In this document: in pieces, positions 54,368 through 64,000 of the stretch
Numbering within the stretch: the first letter of the stretch is position 1
How the letters are laid out: every line of letters starts with the position of its first letter
Assembly (NCBI GenBank): GCA_002720855.1
Contig: PBIN01000009.1
Span: 153,222-217,221, forward strand
DNA: 64,000 nt
Direction of reading: 5' to 3'
From: Rhodospirillaceae bacterium
GTDB lineage: Bacteria > Pseudomonadota > Alphaproteobacteria > MPNO01 > UBA2964
The notes under the pieces: model-generated
Database searches by the model: none
Told to the model about the DNA's origin: nothing
What the model saw: the letters and a program-made list of their open reading frames with translations, nothing else
Made by a program: the position numbers and the translations under genes

Positions 54368-54868
54368 ATGAAACGAACATTTTTAGAAAAAATCGGATTC
54401 TCGGAAACGGCGCCACCGCAAGACAAATGTGATCAGGTATTACACCTTAGTTTTGAAAATCAAATAGCGTTGTGGAGTCTCCGCGCTGTTCTCAAAGGAC
54501 CTGATTATTCCGAGCGCGTTCACAGACAATTTCACAAAACCCTTCCTACAGCGGCAGCGCGACTTGCTTTCGAGTCGATTGATACGGTTGTTCAAACAGT
54601 TTGTGATTACGGAATTCGGTCATTGCGTTTCAACTGTCTCTGTCAGTCTGCGCTCACAGAGGACGAACAAAAACTGATAGAGTTTTTTCAGATCGCTCAA
54701 ACCGATACGCTATTTGAAATTCGGGAAGCTGCCCGGGCATTCGTAAATCCACCGGGTATTGATGCGTGGGTCAATGCTACGCTGACGTTCTTTGCGGCAC
54801 TCGAAACACGGCACAGTGAATCCGCACAAGGCATGACGGCGCTCACGCTTTCGACGACAATTCACTAA
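54368..54868 (+). CDS. Hypothetical protein (166 aa).
   Basis: The ORF lies directly downstream of the Fur-box-like site. No known motif was recognised. Confidence 0.4.
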   Translation: MKRTFLEKIGFSETAPPQDKCDQVLHLSFENQIALWSLRAVLKGPDYSERVHRQFHKTLPTAAARLAFESIDTVVQTVCDYGIRSLRFNCLCQSALTEDEQKLIEFFQIAQTDTLFEIREAARAFVNPPGIDAWVNATLTFFAALETRHSESAQGMTALTLSTTIH

Positions 54869-54883
54869 AAAGCGGGAAGCTTT

Positions 54884-55354
54884 TTAAAACGGTATTGCCA
54901 ACGGCTCGAAAACACCGTCGCAATTAATCAAATCGACCCGTTTCCAGGCAAGTTCAAAACCGCCGTCTTTTTCACGTAATAAATGCTGAGCCCGGCCGCC
55001 ATAGCTGGTTTGTTTGTCGAGTCGGAATTCCATCATCTGTAAGGTCGAATATACGAGGATTTCACCCTCTACGTCGTGCTCATTGCTGATTTCAATATTT
55101 GAGACCACATGCAGCGTTCGGCTTGCTGGCTTTTGGGCATGGATATCAGGATGATTGAGCCTGTTAAGGCGGGTTGTCATGAGTTCCTTATCGTCAAAAA
55201 AGATAGAAACGTTTTTATAAGGATCCTCCTGATCGGGGTAGGCTGGCACCCAATAATAACCATCATCGGCAAACAGGTTTATCCAATCCTCCCAGCGGCG
55301 TTCATCGAGTAGCCGGGCTTCCCGGTACAGAAATTGTTCGATTTCCGAAAGCAC
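54884..55354 (-). CDS. Aromatic ring-hydroxylating dioxygenase beta subunit.
   Basis: 156 aa with an NTF2-like fold. Confidence 0.75.
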   Translation of the reverse strand: MLSEIEQFLYREARLLDERRWEDWINLFADDGYYWVPAYPDQEDPYKNVSIFFDDKELMTTRLNRLNHPDIHAQKPASRTLHVVSNIEISNEHDVEGEILVYSTLQMMEFRLDKQTSYGGRAQHLLREKDGGFELAWKRVDLINCDGVFEPLAIPF

Positions 55355-55370
55355 GTAGGATTATCTCTTG

Positions 55371-56675
55371 TTAGCTCTCGCCGCACATTAAATCGACCCA
55401 GGCGAGTTGCTGGTTGCGGGCACCCGATTCCGAAGTACCCTTCGAGTCATATGATCCCTGATTGTCACCGCTGTACTTTTCATCCATGCCGCGTGCCAGG
55501 ACAACCCAGTCGGTGCTTTGCGTTTTGAGGCCTTCGTGACAGCGGACCCAGACTTCCATGTCATCCGACATCACCATGCCCGATGGTGAGTGACTGTTAT
55601 TGTTACTGCGTAGTGACGCTTGCCACATCTCCTCGGGGGCACCCTTGAGTTTCAGCGGAATGATGACATTCTCCGTGCAGTCGACGGAAATCGGGTTCAT
55701 GACCCGAATATGCTGCGTTAGATGCTGGATCGACCAGTGTGGATAGAAAATGCTGTTATGCGTTCTGACGGTCATGTTCTCTTCCGCCTGATCGCCATAG
55801 GACTCTTCCATCGCCGCCTTGTAGCGGTCATAAACCGGCCCTTGATTGGCCTTGTCCATCGCGAAACGTCCCATGAAAACGTGACCATGCCGATGGCCGC
55901 CGAGTGGAAGCTCTTCCCACTGCTCACTCAGAGACTGGTTGTCGGCCAGGACCTTTACCTTACCTGCCTCATCTTCCTCGGCGCCTTCGCGGCGAAACTG
56001 TTTGCCATCGTCGTCGGTCGTCGACACATGGGTGAACATGATGTGATAAACGTCGGTCTGGTTTTCCATCTGGAGTTTCCAGTTCCCGGCATATCGATAA
56101 CGGAACATCCCGGCACAGGCCTCGACCTCACCATCCGGAGCGCGGTCACAGAAAGCATCGATATGATCTTTCATCGGACCGAGAAATTCATCGACTTCTG
56201 GTCCGTCGGTACTCAGGCTGGAAAAGACAAATCCGCGATAGATTTCAGTACGCGGAAGCTTCACAAGATCGAGTTTCTCTTTTTTCAAAAACCCGTCTTC
56301 ATACCCTTTGGGGTAGGGCGCGCCTGCAAATCGGCCGTCTGTGTGGAACACCCACGCGTGATACGGACATTCGAACCGTTTGGTATTGCCAAACTGTTCC
56401 AGGCAAACCTGTGCGCCGCGATGGGTACAACGATTAAACATGACATGGACTTCGCCGTCCCGATGGCGACTCATTATCACCGGCTGGCGTGCGACGGTCG
56501 TCGTTATATAGTCGCCTGGATTAGGTACCTGGCTGGTATGACCAACGAACAGCCAGATTTTGCCGAAAATACGATCCATCTCGAGATCGAATACATCTGG
56601 GTCAATATAAAAGTCACGATGGACACGGTCCGGCTGGACGAGTGTACGTAAATGTTCGTTGCTTAATGACGTCAT
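55371..56675 (-). CDS. Rieske-type aromatic ring-hydroxylating oxygenase alpha subunit.
   Basis: Rieske motif CTHRG...CPYHAW and a mononuclear-iron catalytic domain. Confidence 0.85.
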   Translation of the reverse strand: MTSLSNEHLRTLVQPDRVHRDFYIDPDVFDLEMDRIFGKIWLFVGHTSQVPNPGDYITTTVARQPVIMSRHRDGEVHVMFNRCTHRGAQVCLEQFGNTKRFECPYHAWVFHTDGRFAGAPYPKGYEDGFLKKEKLDLVKLPRTEIYRGFVFSSLSTDGPEVDEFLGPMKDHIDAFCDRAPDGEVEACAGMFRYRYAGNWKLQMENQTDVYHIMFTHVSTTDDDGKQFRREGAEEDEAGKVKVLADNQSLSEQWEELPLGGHRHGHVFMGRFAMDKANQGPVYDRYKAAMEESYGDQAEENMTVRTHNSIFYPHWSIQHLTQHIRVMNPISVDCTENVIIPLKLKGAPEEMWQASLRSNNNSHSPSGMVMSDDMEVWVRCHEGLKTQSTDWVVLARGMDEKYSGDNQGSYDSKGTSESGARNQQLAWVDLMCGES

Positions 56676-56784
56676 GATGGCGGCCTAAATCGATTATTCG
56701 GTCCGTTATGTGTTTGTATACTTGATGTTATTGTAAATCGCCAATTAGCTTTGTCTCAACCCTCGAAAGCGAAAGACCGACAAG

Positions 56785-57978
56785 ATGGCGGAAAGCAAGC
56801 TGAAACTTGGAATTGCCGGGCTTGGGCGGGGTTTCACCGTCATGCTGCCGATGATCGCGTTTCATCCGCGTCTTGAAGTCGTGGCCGCTGCCGATACTCG
56901 GCAATCGGCGCGTGATCAATTTGAGAAAGATTTTGACGGCATCTCCTTTGAAAGCGTCGAAGCGATGTGCGCTGAGAGTGATGCCCACGCGATCTATATC
57001 GCAACGCCGCATCACTTCCATGCCGATCATACCGTCGCGGCGGCACAGGCAGGCAAACACATTTTGGTCGAGAAACCAATGGCGCTGACCGTAGAGGACT
57101 GCACGCGGATGATTGATGCCGCTGCTGACAATGGTGTGCATCTGTTGGTTGGTCACAGCCATAGCTATGACGCGCCCATCGTCAAAGCGAGGCAAATAAT
57201 TGAGAGCGGTGAATATGGACCGCTGCAAATGATCGCCGGGCTAAACTATACGGACTTTATATACAGGCCACGCCGTCCCGATGAACTTGATAGCACTCAA
57301 GGTGGCGGTGTGGTGTACAGCCAGGCGGCACATCAGCTGGATATCGCCCGGTTCCTTGCCGGTGGGGTGATCGAAACCGTCTATGCGACAACCGGCAACT
57401 ATGATCCTCAACGGCCGACGGAAGGTGCGTATAGCGCGATGCTGAAGTTCGCCAGCGGCGTTGTCGCCAATTTGACATTCTCGGGCTATGGCCATTTTGA
57501 CTCAGATGAGTTCTGCGACTGGCGTGGCGAAACCGGTGGTCAGAAAGACCCGGCAAATTATGGCGCGGCGCGGCGGGTTATCGCTGAGCTCGGCAGTATG
57601 GAAGAAGAAGGAAAATTCAAAGCGGATCGCGGCTACGGCGGAGCATCCGCAGCCCCATTCCCGGCGGAACCACCAAAAGGATTGTCGCATGAACATTTCG
57701 GCTTGTTTGTCTTGAGTTGCCGTGATGCCGATATCAGGCCTCTACCGCAAAGCGTTCGGGTCTATGCCGATGACGAGGTGATTGAGCACCCGCTTGACCC
57801 ACCTTCAGTGCCACGCGGCGAGGTGATAGACGAACTTGCGGCCGCTATACTTGACGGTGTCGCGCCGGTTCATACCGGCGAGTGGGGCCGGGCGACATTC
57901 GAAGCTTGCGCGGCGGTGTATCGGTCAGCGGAAGAGGGTGGCGAGGTAAAACTCAGCTATCAGTTGAAGGCTCGCTAA
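56785..57978 (+). CDS. Gfo/Idh/MocA-family oxidoreductase.
   Basis: N-terminal LGIAGLGRG Rossmann motif and EKP. Confidence 0.8.
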   Translation: MAESKLKLGIAGLGRGFTVMLPMIAFHPRLEVVAAADTRQSARDQFEKDFDGISFESVEAMCAESDAHAIYIATPHHFHADHTVAAAQAGKHILVEKPMALTVEDCTRMIDAAADNGVHLLVGHSHSYDAPIVKARQIIESGEYGPLQMIAGLNYTDFIYRPRRPDELDSTQGGGVVYSQAAHQLDIARFLAGGVIETVYATTGNYDPQRPTEGAYSAMLKFASGVVANLTFSGYGHFDSDEFCDWRGETGGQKDPANYGAARRVIAELGSMEEEGKFKADRGYGGASAAPFPAEPPKGLSHEHFGLFVLSCRDADIRPLPQSVRVYADDEVIEHPLDPPSVPRGEVIDELAAAILDGVAPVHTGEWGRATFEACAAVYRSAEEGGEVKLSYQLKAR

Positions 57979-59746
57979 ACCCAAGTGCCCGGAGCCCATC
58001 GGCTCGAATTCCAAAATCAGAAATATTTCGGAACGGCAAAACCTGTTTCTTGCGATCCAACGAAAATCCAGGGTCGATCTTCAGCAACGAGGCAAGGGCC
58101 TCTTTGCCTTCATCTAATTTTCCCAAATTTCCATAACATGATGCCAGCAAGGCAATTGCTGATTCAGAGTTGGGATTGCGATCAAGCCTTTGTCGGAGGA
58201 CCTCGACGGCTTTTTCGAATTGTTTGAGCGAGATCCGAGCCTCGGCGAGAAAATGAAGCATCAGATCGGGGAATAGCGGATCGAGGTCAATATAGGTTTC
58301 GATACGGTCTATCGCCGCTTCGGGTTCGCCATTAAAAATGAGCGCATGTGCAAGGGCCAGATAGCCGTCGGCCGAATTGGGCTCCAGTTCCAGACAGCGA
58401 GACGACTCCGCCATCGATCTGTCGAGCTGCTTACTCCACATGTAACCGACACCGAGAGCAAAATGTGCCAATGGTTCCTTGTCGTCCATATCCGCTGAAC
58501 GTTGCGCGAGTTCGAGGCCTGATTTTAGTGCGCTTTCCGGTTCTTCAGACCAGCCATTTGCGTAATCCATTACATGCGAAAATGCGATTGAGGCATGGGC
58601 AGCGGCATAGTCGGGCGCAAGCTCAATCGCGCGATCCAGAAGCTTTCGGCCCTCGATATTTCCACTTTTGGTATGGAGGCGGGTTTGTTCTCGTCCCCGT
58701 AGGTAAAAGTTGTAGGCGTCGATATCGATTTCGCGTTTGTGCGCCAAACGTTCCTGGTCATCCGGTGTCAGGGTAAGTTTGAGTGCCGAGACGATTTCCT
58801 GCGTCAGCTCATCCTGCACGGCAAATATATCTGAAAGGTCGCGATCATATCGATCAGCCCAAACGTGACCGCCGGAAGTGGAATCGATAAGTTGTGCGGT
58901 GACTCTCACCCGGTTTCCGGCTTTCCGGACGCTGCCCTCAAGGACGTACCGAACACCTAATTCTTTCGCGACATCGGGAATCGAGACGGCGCCGCCCTTG
59001 TAAACAAAGGACGAGTTTCGGGCGATGACATGCAGGTTCGCCAGTTTCGAAAGGTCGGTGATAATATCTTCGCTAATGCCGTCAGAAAAATATTCCTGAT
59101 CCGCATCGTCGCTCATATTGTTGAAGGCAAGAACAGCAATTGAGTTGCTTGTTGTCTCAGAAGATTCCACCCGCGTTTCTGTATCGGCATCATCACTGGT
59201 CTGGATTTCCGCGTCGCCATCCATGACGACGCTGTATACGCGAACGGGATTGGCAATGTTTTTTACGTTTTGCTCGCCTCTGTCTTCTATCCGGATCGGA
59301 ATCTTGTCATGGACCTGGTCATGGGCGGTGCGCGGAATATAGATACCACCAGGGTCAGCCAGTCCTTCAACACGGGCGGCCACATTGACACCGTCGCCAT
59401 AAATATCGTCGCCATCGACGATAATGTCGCCGACATTTATGCCAATTCTGAACTGGACTTTCTGATCATCGGGAATAGACGAATTTTGTTCCGCCATTTC
59501 CTTTTGGATATCGATTGCGCAGGTCACCGCGTCCACGGCGCTGGCAAACTCTACAAGCTGACCGTCACCCATGAGTTTGACCACACGCCCATCGTGCTGG
59601 GTTATCTTTGGATCAAAGACTTCCATTCTAATTTTCTGTAATTGCGCGAGGGTGCCAACCTCGTCATTGCCCATTAACCGGGAATAACCGACAACATCGG
59701 CGGCAAGAATGGCGGCAAGCCGTCTTTGAACCCGTTCTTCTGCCAT
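57953..59746 (-). CDS. Class III adenylate/guanylate cyclase with C-terminal TPR repeats.
   Basis: N-terminal CHD (LAAILAADVVGYSRLM...KLMGDG) and TPR-like repeats in the C-terminal half. Confidence 0.75.
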   Translation of the reverse strand: MAEERVQRRLAAILAADVVGYSRLMGNDEVGTLAQLQKIRMEVFDPKITQHDGRVVKLMGDGQLVEFASAVDAVTCAIDIQKEMAEQNSSIPDDQKVQFRIGINVGDIIVDGDDIYGDGVNVAARVEGLADPGGIYIPRTAHDQVHDKIPIRIEDRGEQNVKNIANPVRVYSVVMDGDAEIQTSDDADTETRVESSETTSNSIAVLAFNNMSDDADQEYFSDGISEDIITDLSKLANLHVIARNSSFVYKGGAVSIPDVAKELGVRYVLEGSVRKAGNRVRVTAQLIDSTSGGHVWADRYDRDLSDIFAVQDELTQEIVSALKLTLTPDDQERLAHKREIDIDAYNFYLRGREQTRLHTKSGNIEGRKLLDRAIELAPDYAAAHASIAFSHVMDYANGWSEEPESALKSGLELAQRSADMDDKEPLAHFALGVGYMWSKQLDRSMAESSRCLELEPNSADGYLALAHALIFNGEPEAAIDRIETYIDLDPLFPDLMLHFLAEARISLKQFEKAVEVLRQRLDRNPNSESAIALLASCYGNLGKLDEGKEALASLLKIDPGFSLDRKKQVLPFRNISDFGIRADGLRALGFSEPSTDS

Positions 59747-59983
59747 GATGTCCCCGCCAAGTCTTTTCTTGCGGGAAGTTTAGGCGGAGGAAAATCGCGT
59801 GTCTATTGCTCAGAAATTAAGGGAAGTGACCTTTGCCAGTCGTTTGCCATGTTCCCATTCTATGGTTTTGGGCGTTTTAATTGGGTTTCAGACACCAAAT
59901 TGTTTCGGGTCAATTTGCAAATCGATACCCGGTACGGCATACCGATAATGTTTGCTGAATAAAAACTTACCCTGAGACGCGCA

Positions 59984-61030
59984 TTGGAAATCCCTAAATC
60001 CCTCCGACTCTGGTTTGCAGTAATCGCCGCATCGGCGGTCTTTGGGTATTTGTTGCACCTTGCAGGGTTTCCAGCAGCTTTTCTGGTGGGCCCGATGCTT
60101 GTGGGCATGGTTTTTTCCGTGCGTGGCGCCAAATTACATGTGCCGCGGGTTTATCTGGTTGGATCACAAGCCGTTGTCGGCGTGCTCGTCGCAAGCTCGC
60201 TCGACCCCGCCGTTCTCGGGGCAATCTCGAATGAATGGGCCGCGATCTTACTGGTTGTGGCGACGACAGTGGCATTCAGCACCTTTGCCGGTTGGCTGAT
60301 TGCGCGGACGGGGCTTTTGCCGGGAACCACCGCGGCCTGGGGCTGCTCCCCTGGAGCAGCAACCGGTATGATTGCGATGGCTGAATCGTTTGGGGCCGAT
60401 CCCAGACTCGTCGCTTTCATGCAGTTTCTGCGCGTCACGATGGTGATGATTGTGGCAACGCTGGTATCGCGTTTTATTTTCGATGTGACGGCAGCGGAAC
60501 ACGGATCGGGAGCCGTTCAATCTTTAGCTGAAACCTTGCCGGACTTTCTGAAAACGCTTGGCGTTATTGCTGCGGGCGCGGTCGGTGCCCGCCTGTTGAA
60601 GGTGCCGTCGGGCGCTGTATTTGTGCCGTTGATTTTTGCCGGACTGCTTCAGGGGTTTGGTTTTCTGACAATTGTTCTGCCGCCGTGGCTGCTGATAGGC
60701 GCCTTCGCCCTTATCGGTTTGTGGGTCGGTCTGCGTTTCACGCAAGAAACCGTAATGTATGCCCTACGTGCGCTGCCAATCATGCTCGTCGGAACGCTGG
60801 CGCTTATCGCTCTATGCGGTATTTCGGCGATGCTACTTGTGTGGTTGGTTGATACAGATCCGTTGACCGCTTTTCTTGCGACTGTACCGGGTGCCCTGGA
60901 AGCTGTTGCCATTATTGCTGTTGCAAGCAGCGCAGATGTCTCCTTCATTCTGGCGCTGCAGACAGTGCGGCTGTTTGTCGTCATCGTGACAGGACCATTT
61001 CTGGCTAAAATGATCTGCAAATTGCTCTGA
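59984..61030 (+). CDS. AbrB-family duplicated membrane protein.
   Basis: 348 aa, highly hydrophobic, with two repeated halves. Confidence 0.6.
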   Translation: MEIPKSLRLWFAVIAASAVFGYLLHLAGFPAAFLVGPMLVGMVFSVRGAKLHVPRVYLVGSQAVVGVLVASSLDPAVLGAISNEWAAILLVVATTVAFSTFAGWLIARTGLLPGTTAAWGCSPGAATGMIAMAESFGADPRLVAFMQFLRVTMVMIVATLVSRFIFDVTAAEHGSGAVQSLAETLPDFLKTLGVIAAGAVGARLLKVPSGAVFVPLIFAGLLQGFGFLTIVLPPWLLIGAFALIGLWVGLRFTQETVMYALRALPIMLVGTLALIALCGISAMLLVWLVDTDPLTAFLATVPGALEAVAIIAVASSADVSFILALQTVRLFVVIVTGPFLAKMICKLL

Positions 61031-61091
61031 CGGTTGATCAATTGCGTCTGCGGCGAGACAATCCCTCAATATAAGAAATTCGGGAGGTGTT

Positions 61092-63413
61092 GTGGGACAA
61101 TTCGCGATGGGGCAGTCGGTGCCGCGCACCGAAGACCCCAGACTGCTGACCGGGGGCGGGCAGTATGTCGATGACATCAGATTACTCAACGAGTGCCACG
61201 CCTACATGCTGCGCTCACCTTATGCGCATGCGCGTATCGTAAGCATCGATTTCGATGCGGCGGGAGCAATGCCGGGGGTAATTGCCATATTTACCGGGGC
61301 CGACTGGTTGGCCGACGGGCATGGCCAGCATTCTTTCATAATTCCGCGGGCGCAGCGCAATGGCGAGCCGCAATTTTGCCCGACGCGACACGCTATCGAA
61401 CCCAACGTCGTCAAAGTCACTGGCGATATCGTTGCCATGGTCATCGCGGAATCAGTCGATCAAGGCAAGGATGCCGCTGAACAGATTGAGGTCGAATACG
61501 AACCGCTGCCGGTCATCGTCGACGGCAGAGACGCGCGCGTTGAAGGTGCTGTCGTCCTGCACGAAGGTTGCCCCACCAATGAGAGTTATTACTATGAAGC
61601 GGGCGACAAGGAGGCTGTAGAGGCAGCGATAGCGTCCGCCCATCACGTCACAAAATTTACATCCAAGATAAATCGCATTACCGCCAATACAATGGAGCCG
61701 CGCTGCTGTATCGGTGACTACGATCAAAGATTTGGTCGCTACACTCTCTATAGCGGCGCGCAGTTGCCGCACATGATCCGCAAGACTTTGGCCAATGATA
61801 TTTTGGGCGTGCCGGAAACGGCGGTGAGTATCGTCTCGCCTGATGTTGGCGGCAGTTTCGGCATGAAGCAATCGCACGCACCGGAGAACCATGCCTGTCT
61901 CTGGGCAGCGAGGAAAGTCGGTCGCCCTGTCCGCTGGATCGGCGAGCGCAGTGAAGGCCACATGACTGATTATCACGACCGTGATCAATATACCGAAGCC
62001 GAGCTCGCACTTGCGGAGGACGGCGAGTTTCTTGCGGTGAAGGTCGACAATGTGTGCAGCATCGGCGCCTGGCTTGATCCGTTTGGCACGATTTCGCCGG
62101 TCAGCCATCTTGGCGGTTTGGCGGCGACCTACAAGACGCCATTGATCTATGCGCAATCTTCTGCGGTCTTTACCAATACCAGCCCCAATGGACCGTTCAG
62201 AGGGTCGGGCCGTCCGGAAGCCGCTTATGTTATCGAGCGGCTGATCGACATGGCAGCCAAGGAGATGGATATAGACCGGGCGGAAATCAGACGGCGCAAT
62301 ATGGTTCTCTCAGAGGATATGCCGTTTAAGACCGGGCTGATCTATACATTCGATTGTGGAGATTTTGGCGGCAACATGGAAATCACGCTTGATGCCGCCG
62401 ATTATGACGGCTTCGAGGCGCGCCGCGAGGCGGCGAGCAAGTGTGGCAAGCTACGTGGTCTCGGCATTGCCAATTTCATCGAGCAGACAGCGCAGATGTT
62501 TGGCGAAACCGTCACCATACAGTTCGATCAGTCGGGCACTGTAACGTTGATGGCCGGTTCCGCAGATCAGGGGCAGGGCCATGACACGATGTACAAGATA
62601 TTGGTCTCCGATTTGTTGGGTATCGACACTGATGATATCCGTGTCTCAACGGGCAATACGGATGAAATGCCATTTGGCGGTGGGTCATATGCTTCACGAA
62701 CCGCCATTCTCGGCGGATCGGCAACTGCGCGGGCAGCCGATAAAATCCTGGAGAAAGGAACATTAATTGCAGCACATTTTCTGGAAGCCGCTGAAGCCGA
62801 TATCGAGTTCTCCAATGGTGCGTTTCAGGTCGTTGGCACGGACCGGCAGGTTGACATTCAAGAGGTGGCGCGCGCTTCCTATCGCAGCGACCTGATGCCG
62901 GAAGGCATGGAACGTGGCCTATTTGCAACCGATACATTCGAGCCGGGTACACCGACATTTCCAAACGGGTGTCATGTTGTTGAAGTTGAGATCGATCCGG
63001 AAACCGGTGTGACCGAGGTCGTAAAATACTCAGTCACCGACGATGTCGGGACGGTGATCAACGAGCTTACCCTCGACGGGCAAGTTCATGGCGGAATTGG
63101 TCAGGGTATCGGTCAGGCCTTTAGCGAGCAGATTGTCTATGACGACGATGGTCAGCTGGTGACGGGGTCTTTTCTCGATTACGGCATGCCGCGCGCCGAC
63201 GATATGTGCAGCTTCGATCTGTCGAACAACCCGGTGCCGACAAAGCTCAATCCCATTGGGGCGAAAGGCGCGGGCGAGGCCGGCAATGTTGGTGCGCTGG
63301 CAGCCATCATGAATGCTGTTGTCGATGCGCTGTCGCCGCTCGGTATTACAACACTGGATATGCCCGCGACACCCAATAAAGTTTGGCAGGCGATTCATGA
63401 GGCGCGGTCTTAG
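61092..63413 (+). CDS. Xanthine dehydrogenase/aldehyde oxidase-family molybdopterin-binding large subunit.
   Basis: 773 aa. N-terminal VPRTEDPRLLTG and molybdopterin-binding domain blocks. Confidence 0.8.
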   Translation: MGQFAMGQSVPRTEDPRLLTGGGQYVDDIRLLNECHAYMLRSPYAHARIVSIDFDAAGAMPGVIAIFTGADWLADGHGQHSFIIPRAQRNGEPQFCPTRHAIEPNVVKVTGDIVAMVIAESVDQGKDAAEQIEVEYEPLPVIVDGRDARVEGAVVLHEGCPTNESYYYEAGDKEAVEAAIASAHHVTKFTSKINRITANTMEPRCCIGDYDQRFGRYTLYSGAQLPHMIRKTLANDILGVPETAVSIVSPDVGGSFGMKQSHAPENHACLWAARKVGRPVRWIGERSEGHMTDYHDRDQYTEAELALAEDGEFLAVKVDNVCSIGAWLDPFGTISPVSHLGGLAATYKTPLIYAQSSAVFTNTSPNGPFRGSGRPEAAYVIERLIDMAAKEMDIDRAEIRRRNMVLSEDMPFKTGLIYTFDCGDFGGNMEITLDAADYDGFEARREAASKCGKLRGLGIANFIEQTAQMFGETVTIQFDQSGTVTLMAGSADQGQGHDTMYKILVSDLLGIDTDDIRVSTGNTDEMPFGGGSYASRTAILGGSATARAADKILEKGTLIAAHFLEAAEADIEFSNGAFQVVGTDRQVDIQEVARASYRSDLMPEGMERGLFATDTFEPGTPTFPNGCHVVEVEIDPETGVTEVVKYSVTDDVGTVINELTLDGQVHGGIGQGIGQAFSEQIVYDDDGQLVTGSFLDYGMPRADDMCSFDLSNNPVPTKLNPIGAKGAGEAGNVGALAAIMNAVVDALSPLGITTLDMPATPNKVWQAIHEARS

Positions 63414-63492
63414 ATCTCGAAAACCTTTTGTGCCGCGTTGTTCGCATCACCGTTCTCTGTAATAGTTTCCGCCAAATTTCGAGGATGAAAAA

Positions 63493-64000
63493 ATGAAATG
63501 TTACTACACGACAAATTCACCTTACGCCCGCAAAGTGCGCGTTGCCGCGCATGAGAAAGGCGTTAGCGATCAGGTGGAATGGCAGGCGATTACCCGCGAA
63601 GAACGGGCCGAGATCGTGCCGGGTATAAACCCGCTGGTTAAGGTTCCTTCCGCGGTTCTCGACTCCGGCGCTCCTTTGCTCGATTCCCCCGTGATTTGCG
63701 CCTATGTCGACTCTTTGAGCAACGACCGCAAATTAATTCCGGATGAGGGCGATGAACGCTGGGCGGTTCTTACCCTGGAAGCCTTGGGAGATGGGCTTGG
63801 CGAGGCGGTGATTGCGGCGTCGCAGGAAGACCAGAGACCGGATGGTGAGCGATCGCAAGCGGTGGTCGATCGGCAAAAAGGCAAGGCCGAGAACGCGTTG
63901 GCCACATTGGACAAACAGGCCGGGGATTTTAACGACCGGCCCTTAATGGGAGAGATCGCGGTTGCCTGTGCGCTCGGCTATATGGAATTCCGTGATGTCA
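63493..64000 (+). CDS. Glutathione S-transferase-like protein; N-terminal part only, as the 3' end runs off the window edge.
   Basis: MKCYYTTNSPYARKVRVAAHEKG is a thioredoxin-fold GST N-terminus. Confidence 0.6.
   Translation, partial: MKCYYTTNSPYARKVRVAAHEKGVSDQVEWQAITREERAEIVPGINPLVKVPSAVLDSGAPLLDSPVICAYVDSLSNDRKLIPDEGDERWAVLTLEALGDGLGEAVIAASQEDQRPDGERSQAVVDRQKGKAENALATLDKQAGDFNDRPLMGEIAVACALGYMEFRDV

Noticed and set aside
1-64000. CRISPR arrays, insertion sequences, integrases and phage genes.
   Set aside because: No short regularly spaced repeats are seen, and no transposase- or integrase-like translations appear in any frame. Nothing supports a mobile element here.

Overview
This window is a contiguous chromosomal stretch from an alphaproteobacterium. 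The anchor for that is a GcrA cell-cycle regulator homologue at 42521..42886. The content suggests a marine or aquatic heterotroph. About 60 protein-coding genes are packed tightly on both strands.

I found no rRNA, tRNA, CRISPR array, transposase or integrase.

Gene content is dominated by catabolic and transport functions:
- (i) An aerobic benzoyl-CoA 'box' segment with a CoA ligase, an FAD hydroxylase and an amidase.
- (ii) A DtxR/MntR-type metalloregulator divergent from an internally duplicated membrane protein, with a palindromic operator between them.
- (iii) A LigI-like lactonase, a NitT/TauT-type ABC importer, a GST, an HpcH/HpaI aldolase and a LigJ-like hydratase.
- (iv) A class I ribonucleotide reductase pair (nrdAB-like) with a ~460 nt leader carrying three TTTTCCACAG repeats.
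- (v) A sulfur and polyamine neighbourhood: ChaC, a thiol-dioxygenase-like cupin, speE, speH, a MetE-like protein and acyl-CoA enzymes.
- (vi) A hydantoinase A/B pair.
- (vii) Orphan solute-binding proteins of the TctC (Bug) and TAXI families.
- (viii) A Rieske dioxygenase alpha/beta pair without redox partners.
- (ix) A lone xanthine-dehydrogenase-family large subunit.

Points that look most worth follow-up:
- The MntR-associated transporter candidate.
- A chimeric ORF that looks like a deletion scar.
- An asparaginase-family protein with a large insertion and non-canonical catalytic residues.
- A Fur/Mur-box-like site in front of two uncharacterised ORFs.
- The repeated DnaA-box-like motif upstream of both the RNR genes and gcrA.

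All calls rest on reading the translated ORFs and the DNA by eye. No database search was run.
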